This document shows, piece after piece, positions 26,785 through 35,831 of a stretch of 64,000 nucleotides of DNA (its first letter is position 1; every line of letters starts with the position of its first letter). The stretch is from a virus: the IMG/VR virus record IMGVR_UViG_3300022226_000005, positions 3,140 through 67,139 of that record; one strand, 5' to 3'. The position numbers were made by a program, and so were the translations under genes. The notes under the pieces are model-generated. The model searched no databases. It saw only the letters and a list, made by a program, of their open reading frames with translations, and had not been told where the DNA came from.

Positions 26785-27420
26785 TTAGAGGACGCCTTGG
26801 GCCCGCTCTCGCAGGTGCCAGTGGCTTTCCATCAGTTCGTTTTCGCCTACAGCTTTGAGGCGGCAGGTGGGGAACGAAGCAGATGGGTCGAATGTAATCT
26901 CCGTCACCAAGTTGATGGGGAGTTTGCTGTTTTTGTTACATGCGTCCATGTAGGCACCGAAAGATTTCAAAGCGGTCGGCGTTAAGTCCAGGGTGTAGAT
27001 TGGAGCATTTGATTCCGCGTCGGGGGTGACAAGCGCAAGCCGTACTTTGTTTTGGCATGCTTTGCCGCCGCGACCGTTTGCTGCGGAGCCCCATTCGTTC
27101 ATTGGGCACTCTTCGCAAGACGGGGCGATTGGGGTTTCGATATCGCCTGCGGGTTTGAGCTCTTCCTGGTTGGAGCCGGTTGCGGAACAGTCTGGTCGAT
27201 TACTCGACTGGCCGTCCCACATTGCTTTGTAGTACGTGTTGTTGAACCGGTAATCCAGGATTACCGCCGTAAGGGTGTTGTTTTTCACTTTTTCCCCGTC
27301 GGGAAGGGTGAACTCTTTGCCCTTGGTATTGATGCGGCCACCGGAAGCAGGGATGTTTTGCTTTTGCTTTTCGATTTCTGCAGCAATTTGTTTTTGGAGC
27401 GTTGCTAGTTGTTGTGACAT
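26785..27420 (-). CDS. Probable ssDNA-binding/annealing protein
   Basis: PDC..., C..CP.NEWGS, KAC motifs; sits in the replication module; GAGGA SD before ATG 27420. Confidence 0.55.
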   Translation of the reverse strand: MSQQLATLQKQIAAEIEKQKQNIPASGGRINTKGKEFTLPDGEKVKNNTLTAVILDYRFNNTYYKAMWDGQSSNRPDCSATGSNQEELKPAGDIETPIAPSCEECPMNEWGSAANGRGGKACQNKVRLALVTPDAESNAPIYTLDLTPTALKSFGAYMDACNKNSKLPINLVTEITFDPSASFPTCRLKAVGENELMESHWHLRERAQGVL

Positions 27421-27427
27421 AGATTCC

Positions 27428-27793
27428 TCAGTTCGAACGTAGAGATAGTGTGCGTTTTGTAAATGGTCGTAATCCGGGCACGTCTTCGCCCGACTCACGT
27501 AGTTCTCGATACGATCTTACACTTGGGCGACGTTCAAGTAAATGAATATCTCCTGTGCGCATGATGTGTTCGAAAAATACTTCGTCGTTTTCAATCACCG
27601 GGACTACAGATTCCGTGATAGAAACTGTCGCCGTGTGTCCACGAGCCCCTGGCAGGTCCTGCTCTTCGAGCATCGCAAAAATATTTAATTCCTCTTCTTC
27701 CATGACTTTTCGGATTTTTGCTATTTCTGCTTCGAGCTCGCGCTTTTTTTCGCGCAGTGTGTGGAGTTTGTCGATGGCCGCGCCTAAATTCAT
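27428..27793 (-). CDS. Conserved replication-module protein with N-terminal coiled coil
   Basis: Coiled coil, LLERRPS and VPGL motifs; synteny between helicase and SSB. Confidence 0.6.
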   Translation of the reverse strand: MNLGAAIDKLHTLREKKRELEAEIAKIRKVMEEEELNIFAMLEEQDLPGARGHTATVSITESVVPVIENDEVFFEHIMRTGDIHLLERRPSVRSYRELRESGEDVPGLRPFTKRTLSLRSN

Positions 27794-27794
27794 T

Positions 27795-29171
27795 TTATAG
27801 TCCTAATATGTTGAGGAGAGTTGCTTGCTGGTCAATTTTCCCTTGCAGCTTATTGTACACATGTTCTTCGAGTGTTGCATTAGCTGTTATGTGGATAGTT
27901 TCAGTTTTTCGGGTTTGCCCAGCTCTATAAATTCTTTTGTTGAACTGGGAATATTGTTCCGAGGACCATGTGGGAGAAGCCCATATCGTGGTAGTGCCTC
28001 GGGTCAAGGTAAGTCCATGTGCTGCTGATTTCGGGTGGGCGAAAATAACTTTGATCAGGCCGTCTTGAAAATCTTCGACTGCTTTTTGTCGTTGTTTGTC
28101 GTTTGCTTTGCCGTTGATTATCCCGTATGTGATTTTTTCTTTGTCTGCTATTTTGCATAATTCTTCTAGTTGGTGTCCCCAGTTGTAGGCCACAACACAG
28201 GATTCGCGTTCTTTAATTAGTTGAATTATCAGTTCGTATCTTTCGGTATCGAATAGTTCCGCTGTGCTGTCGTTTTTGTACACTGAGCCAGAAGCCAACT
28301 GTAGTAGTTTTCCCGTTAATACTGCGGCATTCGACGCAGTAATGTCCTCTTGAGCGAGTTGGATCAAAGCATGCTCGGCTAATATGTCGTATTGCTTTCG
28401 TAAGCGAAATGGTAGGTCGAACGTGATTTCCGTTGTAAAATTGTCTGGTATGTCTATGCATTCTTCGAATACGTTCCTGATTGTGATGTCTGCTAGTAGA
28501 TCGGCGACGGCTTCGATTGATCCTTCTTTGTCGCGCCATTGCACCATGTTTGCGGCGGGGCCTACTCTAATGGGTTCGCATACGGAGTTGCGAAATCTCC
28601 AGTACGAAGTGCCAAGTCGCTCGCCGTTGTCGAGGATGAATGCTTGGTTCCATATGTCGGTGACTGTATTTGGGGCGGGTGTACCCGTCATTACTACTTT
28701 ATGATCAAAATGCCCCGAGATCGATTTAGCCGCCTTAGACCGTTGGGCGCTTGGATTCTTGAACGCAGTGGACTCGTCAATAACAAGATCCGTAAGGCCC
28801 AGATAGGCCCACGGATTATCTTTAAGCCATTTAACAGCGTCGTGGTTTGTAATGTAGATTTGCGCGTCTTCACTAAATGCTTTTCTTCTGTTGGTGGCGG
28901 TGGCGATCTTGTATTTTATTTGCGGCTGGAAGCGGATGATGTCATGTGCCCAGGCTGGTTCGAGAATAGACTTTGGTGCGATGACAAGAGCCTTGCGTGT
29001 CGGATCTTGCTCCAGTCGTTTAGCGAACCCGTCAAGGTACGCACGCGTTTTGCCTGTGCCTGGATCGGACATATCGAAGGTGATGGGGTTGTCTGTTTGG
29101 AACGCTGTGCTTTTGGCTTGGTGCTCATAGGCTTTTGGGATTTGATCTTTAGGCAGAGTGAAGTTTGGCAT
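27795..29171 (-). CDS. SNF2-family (SF2) helicase
   Basis: DPGTGKT, VIDES, MTGTP, AHGLTL, QFNKRIYRAGQ. Confidence 0.92.
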   Translation of the reverse strand: MPNFTLPKDQIPKAYEHQAKSTAFQTDNPITFDMSDPGTGKTRAYLDGFAKRLEQDPTRKALVIAPKSILEPAWAHDIIRFQPQIKYKIATATNRRKAFSEDAQIYITNHDAVKWLKDNPWAYLGLTDLVIDESTAFKNPSAQRSKAAKSISGHFDHKVVMTGTPAPNTVTDIWNQAFILDNGERLGTSYWRFRNSVCEPIRVGPAANMVQWRDKEGSIEAVADLLADITIRNVFEECIDIPDNFTTEITFDLPFRLRKQYDILAEHALIQLAQEDITASNAAVLTGKLLQLASGSVYKNDSTAELFDTERYELIIQLIKERESCVVAYNWGHQLEELCKIADKEKITYGIINGKANDKQRQKAVEDFQDGLIKVIFAHPKSAAHGLTLTRGTTTIWASPTWSSEQYSQFNKRIYRAGQTRKTETIHITANATLEEHVYNKLQGKIDQQATLLNILGL

Positions 29172-29895
29172 TCAGCGTTTTCCCATTAGCGGTATATACC
29201 GCTTTAGCGAATCCGCGCGGCGTAGCAGAACGGATATTTTTTGTTTTGAGGCTTTTGCCTCCCAGTTTCGTATATTGCAGAGAGTTCCCGGACTGGGCTC
29301 GAATAGGCTTTTTCTCTGGCATCTTATAGCCGCCACCCGTCCACAGGCAAGTTTTCTTCGTGTAGCCGTCGCGAGGCGTAATGTTTTCGGGGTATAGTGG
29401 GTGGATGTCATTTTCGGGTAGGTAGCCTCCGTATTCAAATGGGTCGAACATGTAGTCGGGTTTGCCGCAGTAGGTTGAGAACGTACTGACTGGGTTCTCG
29501 ATAAAATAAGGACACCCGAGCCACTCTCCTAATTCGCGACAAGTTGCGAATAAATCTAAAGAGAGCGCTAGTGCTCGGGGTCCTTTTTTCTGAAACCACA
29601 ACGCGCCACTGACGGCGACGTTGGTACATTCCGGAAAGCTACCCATGAAAGCTACCCGGTCAACGATCTCGCGTGGTGGTATCCAGCCGTGTCGAATATC
29701 CGCACCTACTTTGTAGAGCCCAGGTCGGGCGGGGTCTGCGTATATTCCTGTTTTGTGTTGTATGTCAACGATGTAACATTCATACCCAGCTTCGAGCCAG
29801 GGCTCTGCCATAATTCCTGTTAGGTCAAAGAGGAAGATTGCTACGTCTTTTTGTTTAATGGTTCTTTCTCCTTTTTTTTGAATATTGCGTCCCAT
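29149..29895 (-). CDS. DNA cytosine-C5 methyltransferase-like protein
   Basis: IFLFDLTG, SFPEC (catalytic Cys position), FIENPV, YTKKTCLW, RSATP.GFA. Confidence 0.7.
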   Translation of the reverse strand: MGRNIQKKGERTIKQKDVAIFLFDLTGIMAEPWLEAGYECYIVDIQHKTGIYADPARPGLYKVGADIRHGWIPPREIVDRVAFMGSFPECTNVAVSGALWFQKKGPRALALSLDLFATCRELGEWLGCPYFIENPVSTFSTYCGKPDYMFDPFEYGGYLPENDIHPLYPENITPRDGYTKKTCLWTGGGYKMPEKKPIRAQSGNSLQYTKLGGKSLKTKNIRSATPRGFAKAVYTANGKTLNAKLHSA

Positions 29896-29989
29896 TTTTC
29901 TTGGGGGATATCAGGCGCGTTATGGCGACGGCGACTGCCTTTGCCGCCGTCTTTGGATGTATGTATGCCTCCATTGTACGGTCTTTTGC

Positions 29990-30295
29990 TCATAGAATTC
30001 TCAGTGGTGTCATGCGTTCAGCGAGGTACCACTGCCCACCTTGGGACGAGGGCCTGTGTTCGATTGACCAGTCGTGGATTTCAACTTCGACCCATACGCG
30101 GTCTTTTCGATCGTCTTTCAGGTGGGGAGTGGTTGGTGTCGGGCAGCAGTGCCACCCAGGACGATGTGTGTAGCCCTTTGTACGATGGTCTTCCGCTTCG
30201 TACGTAGTACCAAGTGCTATGCGCTGCGGCCGGTTGATGAATAGCGGGCCGAGCGTACCGTCTCTTCGAATTGTCATTAGTTTGTATGCGATCAT
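29990..30295 (-). CDS. Conserved phage hypothetical protein
   Basis: RPGWHCC, RVWVEVE, QGG.WYLA motifs. Confidence 0.7.
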   Translation of the reverse strand: MIAYKLMTIRRDGTLGPLFINRPQRIALGTTYEAEDHRTKGYTHRPGWHCCPTPTTPHLKDDRKDRVWVEVEIHDWSIEHRPSSQGGQWYLAERMTPLRIL

Positions 30296-31014
30296 AAATC
30301 AGGGTCTACTGCGTATTGACATTTGCCGTTACCGTTTGCGACGCCGTAGTCGCAGTAAAGGCAGTTCATTTTGTTAGGTTTTGGTGGAAATTCAGTTGCT
30401 GACGTCATTTGGACGGCTCTTTTGTTGAAGTTTGCCATTTGAGCAGTGAGTTGGGAGCGGTTGTATGTACGTCTTTTTGTTTTCCCTTCGTCCAGGTACC
30501 AGAATTCGACAGTAATGCTCTGGGCCTGTGGAAATAAACACATCAAAGCCACACCATAAAGTGCACCCTGCTGAGAATGGGGCACCTCGTTCCCCCACGA
30601 TTTTCCCGTTTTGTAGTCGATTATGGTAAAAGTAGTCTCGTCGTGCTTGATTACTGCGTCCATCTTTGACTGATGCCATACGCTCCCCCAGTCAGTGAAG
30701 CCACACGGTTCCCAATCAGATGTAAAGCCCATTCCTTCTTCAAGGATGACTTGGCCTTCTTTGTACAAGTCCTGTAGTGATTCGAATTGGGAAGTGAACC
30801 GTTTAATGGAGCGTGGCATGTCAGGCACTTCACCTTTGACGTATTCTTCTGCTTCTCTATGAATTCGATTTCCTCGGACAAGGGGGTGAGTTTCATCGGT
30901 GTTTTCTTCCGTAGCGATGCGCTGTATACGCTTGAGGTATTGGGAGTACGGGCACCTCTCGTACTGCTTAAGGGAACTAAAGCTCCAGGTTTGGAGGTTT
31001 CTTGTGTTTGGCAT
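30292..31014 (-). CDS. PD-(D/E)XK exonuclease (Cas4/RecB-like)
   Basis: WSFSSL..YE.CP, RG..IH, KMDAV, IIDYKTGK, PN..NC.YC.Y. Confidence 0.9.
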   Translation of the reverse strand: MPNTRNLQTWSFSSLKQYERCPYSQYLKRIQRIATEENTDETHPLVRGNRIHREAEEYVKGEVPDMPRSIKRFTSQFESLQDLYKEGQVILEEGMGFTSDWEPCGFTDWGSVWHQSKMDAVIKHDETTFTIIDYKTGKSWGNEVPHSQQGALYGVALMCLFPQAQSITVEFWYLDEGKTKRRTYNRSQLTAQMANFNKRAVQMTSATEFPPKPNKMNCLYCDYGVANGNGKCQYAVDPDL

Positions 31015-31213
31015 TAAAGTACCTTCGTAAAAGAATACTGAGTGATAGTGAGCTCACTGTGAAAATTAGCGTCATAACAAAGGCGTCGCCTTGTTGGATG
31101 TACCCGCTGGCTATTAGTGGCCATATTATCCAACGAGTTATAGCTAGTGCGACGATGAATTTAATCGCTGTTTTTACTACTTCTTCAATTATTGATTCAG
31201 CTTTTGTTTGCAT
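30977..31213 (-). CDS. Small membrane protein
   Basis: Two hydrophobic helices, MQTK.ES..E start. Confidence 0.7.
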   Translation of the reverse strand: MQTKAESIIEEVVKTAIKFIVALAITRWIIWPLIASGYIQQGDAFVMTLIFTVSSLSLSILLRRYFNAKHKKPPNLEL

Positions 31214-31883
31214 AATTTTGCTCGAAGAGGTTTATTTTACTCTTACTGCCGTGAACATCAATAGCTATGTTTGGGGCTTTGATGGAGGTTCCGCTGCATA
31301 GTTTGCAGTCGGCGCATTGTACGCCTTTGTAAGAAGGGCAATAGATTTCGCCGTTAAGTAGCGGCTCGTTCGCTGTTTTGACCCGGTACGTTCGCCATCC
31401 CTGTTTAGTTGCCGAAAAATACTCCTGTTCATTGTCGACCGAAGCCATGCAGAGTGTTCTGAATTGTTTGTCACAAGTACTCCATTGATGCGTGTAGCCA
31501 GTATGATTCGGCCGGTGCAATTTCGCAAGAAGCTGTTGCCATGCCCCAAAGGGTATGGCAGTAGGGTCTCCGTATGCACCTAGTCGTAGGGGCACGCCTT
31601 TCGATTGCTGCGATAAGGTGTTTGGAGGGAATTTCTGAATTGCGGTTGGTGCTTGGTGGACTAATACGTAACAAGTGGCTCCGTTGCTTGGTCTGTGTAT
31701 GCAGTTTCCGCATATTGATTTGTCTGCTCCTGTTTTACACGCTTCGGTTGGCGACATTCCGTCAACTACGATCCAAGTTTGGAGCATATTACCGGTTTTT
31801 CGGTTAGATGAGTTTTCGGTGATGTAGCCTTTGATTGGGTTGCCGTCTATTTCGGACGGCCCACTGAAAAATAGTTCTGCCAT
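31197..31883 (-). CDS. Cys-rich GP88-like (radical-SAM-related) protein
   Basis: SICGNC, LRLGAYGDP, HTGYTHQW, MASVD, CP...CADCKLC. Confidence 0.6.
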   Translation of the reverse strand: MAELFFSGPSEIDGNPIKGYITENSSNRKTGNMLQTWIVVDGMSPTEACKTGADKSICGNCIHRPSNGATCYVLVHQAPTAIQKFPPNTLSQQSKGVPLRLGAYGDPTAIPFGAWQQLLAKLHRPNHTGYTHQWSTCDKQFRTLCMASVDNEQEYFSATKQGWRTYRVKTANEPLLNGEIYCPSYKGVQCADCKLCSGTSIKAPNIAIDVHGSKSKINLFEQNYANKS

Positions 31884-31886
31884 GTT

Positions 31887-34202
31887 TCACTTTATTTTTA
31901 CGACTTTATCCGTAGCCTTTTGGGTGGTGAAATAATCATCCATTTTTATTTTTGGGAACGCTGTGTCGTAGCCTTTTGTTACAAGGTTGGCTACGCGTTT
32001 GCGGCTGCTGCTCAGATTATGATAGGTGCACATTCTTGCGAATTTAGTTGCGGACATGTTGCGCGAGTTTTGTAGGATTTCGAACACACGTTGCAGTTCG
32101 TCGCGTGGTATAAAGTCTACGCCGGTTTCGGCCCACTCTTTGATTATGTTTTTATATTCTTCTGCAGTTATGTCGAATGCTGTGTTGCCGCTTCGGTCTA
32201 CGAATTCTAGGAAGAAATCGATGTTTCCTGTTTTGATTGCGTTAAAAAATAAGTCAACTGAATTGTATGATTTGTCTATTAAATCCTTACGCGCCTGGTT
32301 GTCAAGTACAGTTCTTGCGAGTCGCGCATTGGCGGCATAGGAATGTAGGAAATCTGCAAACTCTTTGAGTTCTGCTTCGATATCTGCCACTTGTTGAGCT
32401 GTGATTTCCAACCGCGTATTTTGCGGCGGCGCGATATTAAACCGGCGGTCGGTAGGGGATAGTGGAACAGCCGTGCCAGCGTTTGTGGCCAGAATAATAT
32501 TAAGAAAGGAATGAACCTCGTAAGCATTAGTTCGCATTCTGCGTATGGTAATTCGCTCTTCTGTGATGATATTTTTAATTTTGTTGTGTAGCCTTTCCAG
32601 TTGGTGGGCATCATGGATGTTGAATTCGTCAACAAATACAAAGATAGCTTCTTCGAGTTGGGCATTGAAAAGTTCTTCAAGGTTTTGTCCAGTAATTTGC
32701 GCGACGTATCTTTCTCCGAAGAGTGGCGCTAAAATTTTAGAGACTAGCAGGCCCTTGCCTGTTCCCTCTATCCCTGAGAACAGCCACGCTGTTTGGCTTT
32801 TTTGTCTTGTTTGAAAAATGAATGCTAGCCAGTTTAAAAAGTGCTCGTATGTTTGCTGGTCGGCTGTAATACTCTTTAGGATTAAGTCGATATTTTTTGG
32901 CACCGTGGCAGTGGGGGACGTAGAAGCGTTGCGGAGATACGGGGTGGGTGTAAATTTGTTTGCCCATTGGTCTGTGAAATCAATTACTTTGAGGGTTGTG
33001 GGGTTAAATTCATATGTCCAGTCCGGAATTGCTTCTGGCATGGGTATGTCGTGGTTGATTAGGAAGTCTTCTATTTTGGATTTGCTGGCTGTAGCTCTAA
33101 TATCGACTGTGTTTCCCACTGAATCGTAGAGTCCGTTGTAGTATTCGTCAGTGTTGAAATCTCTAAACACAACAGGAACGACTGTACGAGTCGTGGTTGC
33201 TTTTGCTCTTGCGATTCCTTGGTAGAATGTTGGGTCGATATCGCGGATTTTAACGAGCGGATGCCCTTTAAAGTTGCGCAGTACGTCGGGCCGGTTTTTT
33301 TCATAGTAATATCCCCATGATGGGTTGTCACCCACTATATTACAGCGTACGTATTCGCCTTGGTCCATGGTGTCGGCTATGATCATGGGGTCTGGGTTGG
33401 TTAGAATTTCATCGTCGCCATATGGTTTGTATTTAGCTTTTGATACTTTGAGCCCCATTTGTTTACGAAGCTCGTCGATTTTGTTTTGGAGGTCTGCTTT
33501 ATTTTTGCTTGGGTTTGGTGATGGCGTGAACGATGAAGTATCTTTGCCCCGCACCACTAAATCGAAGTATTGTGTTACCTGCGCGGACAAATTTATAAGA
33601 GTCGGGGGTGAAATGTATATTAACTTGTCGTTCTGGCAAGTAGAAATGTCGAGGGGCCATATAAGTGAGTGGCCATTCTTTGCGAGGATCAACTGATTGG
33701 CCAGTCCGCGCGTTGTAAAATTTAGTTCTTTCAGCCATTCTTTTAGTGCTCCTGGACTTGAGCGTGAAGCCAGCATGAAGTAAATGTGCCCCCGTAGGCC
33801 AGCCGTCCCTTTGAAGCCAGCGCTATTAGAGTGTTGGAATATATACGAGACATCTTGGAAATCCGGGCCGAGGCAGCGGATGAAGTCTTCGACGTCTGTG
33901 AACCCAGTGTCAAAGTCGAGGTCAAGGCATATCCATTCTGTTGGCTCTGTGGGGTTAGTTTTACCGCGTCTTTCTGATGCCACGAGTTCTTCTGATAAGA
34001 CGCCTTTGAGTGCGCAGTGGCCTTGGGCTGCGTGTTTGGTGAGGACTTGGTAGAGTTCATGGATTGTGGTGGGTTCTTCGCGGTGGCTGTTGAACGACTT
34101 TACTAGTGGGTATGGGTGGGTAGTAATTTTACCGTTGGCGTTTGCTTCGTGAGTTTTGCAGAGCGCAGCGCCATTGGCTGCTTCGAGGAAATCGATGCGC
34201 AT
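31887..34202 (-). CDS. DNA primase-helicase (primase N-terminus plus SF3/D5-like NTPase)
   Basis: WICLDLD, HIYF; Walker A GIEGTGKG, FVDE, DRRF. Confidence 0.85.
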   Translation of the reverse strand: MRIDFLEAANGAALCKTHEANANGKITTHPYPLVKSFNSHREEPTTIHELYQVLTKHAAQGHCALKGVLSEELVASERRGKTNPTEPTEWICLDLDFDTGFTDVEDFIRCLGPDFQDVSYIFQHSNSAGFKGTAGLRGHIYFMLASRSSPGALKEWLKELNFTTRGLANQLILAKNGHSLIWPLDISTCQNDKLIYISPPTLINLSAQVTQYFDLVVRGKDTSSFTPSPNPSKNKADLQNKIDELRKQMGLKVSKAKYKPYGDDEILTNPDPMIIADTMDQGEYVRCNIVGDNPSWGYYYEKNRPDVLRNFKGHPLVKIRDIDPTFYQGIARAKATTTRTVVPVVFRDFNTDEYYNGLYDSVGNTVDIRATASKSKIEDFLINHDIPMPEAIPDWTYEFNPTTLKVIDFTDQWANKFTPTPYLRNASTSPTATVPKNIDLILKSITADQQTYEHFLNWLAFIFQTRQKSQTAWLFSGIEGTGKGLLVSKILAPLFGERYVAQITGQNLEELFNAQLEEAIFVFVDEFNIHDAHQLERLHNKIKNIITEERITIRRMRTNAYEVHSFLNIILATNAGTAVPLSPTDRRFNIAPPQNTRLEITAQQVADIEAELKEFADFLHSYAANARLARTVLDNQARKDLIDKSYNSVDLFFNAIKTGNIDFFLEFVDRSGNTAFDITAEEYKNIIKEWAETGVDFIPRDELQRVFEILQNSRNMSATKFARMCTYHNLSSSRKRVANLVTKGYDTAFPKIKMDDYFTTQKATDKVVKIK

Positions 34203-34216
34203 TTATTGCTTCCGTA

Positions 34217-34384
34217 TCAGTCGGATAAGTAATCGGGCGACTCATCGTCATTATCTATTGTTAGCTCAAGGTCGATAAGAATATTTAATTGATTCAGTTT
34301 TTCGACTGCTTGTTCCATCGTAGATAACTTTTCAGTGGTGTCCCGATCTACGATGTGCCCATTCTCGTATTGGAATCTTAGCAC
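34217..34384 (-). CDS. Small hypothetical protein
   Basis: AGGAG SD before GTG 34384. Confidence 0.5.
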   Translation of the reverse strand: MLRFQYENGHIVDRDTTEKLSTMEQAVEKLNQLNILIDLELTIDNDDESPDYLSD

Positions 34385-34449
34385 GTTATTGCTCCTGTTG
34401 TGAAGCTTCATATTATTCCACTGTGGTGTGGACTGCCTGAAAAAGAGGG

Positions 34450-34551
34450 CACCGTTGTGGGGGTTGCACCCACACCATTTGCCCGCTTATACTAGTATCG
34501 GCGGGGTGGTTCTCATCTTGCCGTTGTGTTCTACGGCCTAGAGAAACGGTG
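34450..34551 (-). ncRNA. tRNA-like structured RNA (7-bp closing stem plus T arm, non-tRNA core)
   Basis: CACCGTT/AACGGTG stem; GTGGG-TGCAACC-CCCAC directly 5' of the 3' strand; two further multi-stem arms. Confidence 0.5.
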
Positions 34552-34628
34552 AATTTGGTTGGGCCAGCGTTGCAGAACCCGGCTGACCCGGAGCGGGTAG
34601 GAAAGGCATATGAGGGCCTATCTGCGGA

Positions 34629-35831
34629 TTAGGCGTCCGATATTTCAAGGAATACGGATTCGCCAAACTCGGGTTCTGGTGAATCTCTACACGTTCTTAT
34701 CCATAAGGTTGGATATTCGGGTGGCTGGAAGTCTGTGTTTGCGTAGCCGTCTGTTAGGTAAACAATACATTCCGGTTGTATGTTTTGTTTTTGAATCCAG
34801 TCGAATACTGGTTTGAAGTCGGTGCCTCCGCTACCACGTACTTTGAGTTTGAGTGGGAGGTCTTCAGGTTCATATTCTGTGTGGTTGTGTACTCGTGTGT
34901 TGCACATGACTACGGTCATTTTGCTTGGCGGGCAGTCTTCCAGGATGGCGTTGAGTTCGCCTTGGAATTGTTTGATTTCGTTGTTGGATACTGAGCAGGA
35001 GTCATCGATGGCGATTACGATTTCGCCCATCGATTCTGACCATTGGGATGGTAGGTAAAGGCCTTGGCTGATGTATCGGCGGTTGCCTTTTGCCCAAGAA
35101 TAGTCGGATTTGTCTGATTGTGTTAGGAAGCGGCGGAGGATTTCTTTCCATTGGACTTTTGGAGCCAGGATATCCATCATGATGTCTTCGATGCCGCCGG
35201 GGAGGTTTCCTTGCATTTTGGCGGCTTTTGCCGCTTGCGCAGTTGAGATTTTCCAGTCGTCGTCAAGTTCTTTATCCGACTGTGTAGTCGTTTTGCCTTG
35301 ACCCTTAGATGGATCGTCTTTACCAGTTCCTCCAGTTGGGGCGTCGTTAATTCCGGAAAAATTCGGCGGGCCTTCTCCATCGCCGTCTCCATCATCATCA
35401 TTGTCCTCTAGCTTGTTGTAAATGACTTCTGCGGTCATGCCTTTGTATTGCATGTCGCATGGGGATTCAGGCGGGAGTTCGAGGTCTTTGCAGTCGCTGA
35501 GGATGATATTTACTGCGTGGTCGCATGCACGATCCCACTTACCTTTATCTCGGTCTCCGCGACGTACGACGTGGCCAAGTGCGCAGTGCATCACGTTTTG
35601 TGCGATGCCGCCGACGAGCTGTCGTTCGTTTAGTTCACCGATATTTTCTGGGTTATAGAATAGATTTACCCCGTCTACGTGCATGTGTTTGACGTTGGTT
35701 GTCGGGACGTAGTTGAGTTTTAAGGCTAGAGACCCGAAGAACGGGTGGTCTAGGACCAGGTTGGCTTTTGCTTTACGCAGCCCTTCTTGTACGATCTTTG
35801 GATCGATTGGTGGATCTTTTTCGCTCATCAT
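34629..35831 (-). CDS. Metallopeptidase-like plus VWA domain protein (DUF2201-like)
   Basis: HPFFGSL, DGVNLFYNP, DDSCS (MIDAS), GGTDF, YLTDG. Confidence 0.85.
   Translation of the reverse strand: MMSEKDPPIDPKIVQEGLRKAKANLVLDHPFFGSLALKLNYVPTTNVKHMHVDGVNLFYNPENIGELNERQLVGGIAQNVMHCALGHVVRRGDRDKGKWDRACDHAVNIILSDCKDLELPPESPCDMQYKGMTAEVIYNKLEDNDDDGDGDGEGPPNFSGINDAPTGGTGKDDPSKGQGKTTTQSDKELDDDWKISTAQAAKAAKMQGNLPGGIEDIMMDILAPKVQWKEILRRFLTQSDKSDYSWAKGNRRYISQGLYLPSQWSESMGEIVIAIDDSCSVSNNEIKQFQGELNAILEDCPPSKMTVVMCNTRVHNHTEYEPEDLPLKLKVRGSGGTDFKPVFDWIQKQNIQPECIVYLTDGYANTDFQPPEYPTLWIRTCRDSPEPEFGESVFLEISDA

Noticed and set aside
28539-29189. 216-aa plus-strand ORF
   Set aside because: Antisense shadow of the SNF2 helicase
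30292-31014. Cas4-like gene as evidence of CRISPR-Cas
   Set aside because: No cas1/cas2 or array; standard phage replication exonuclease context
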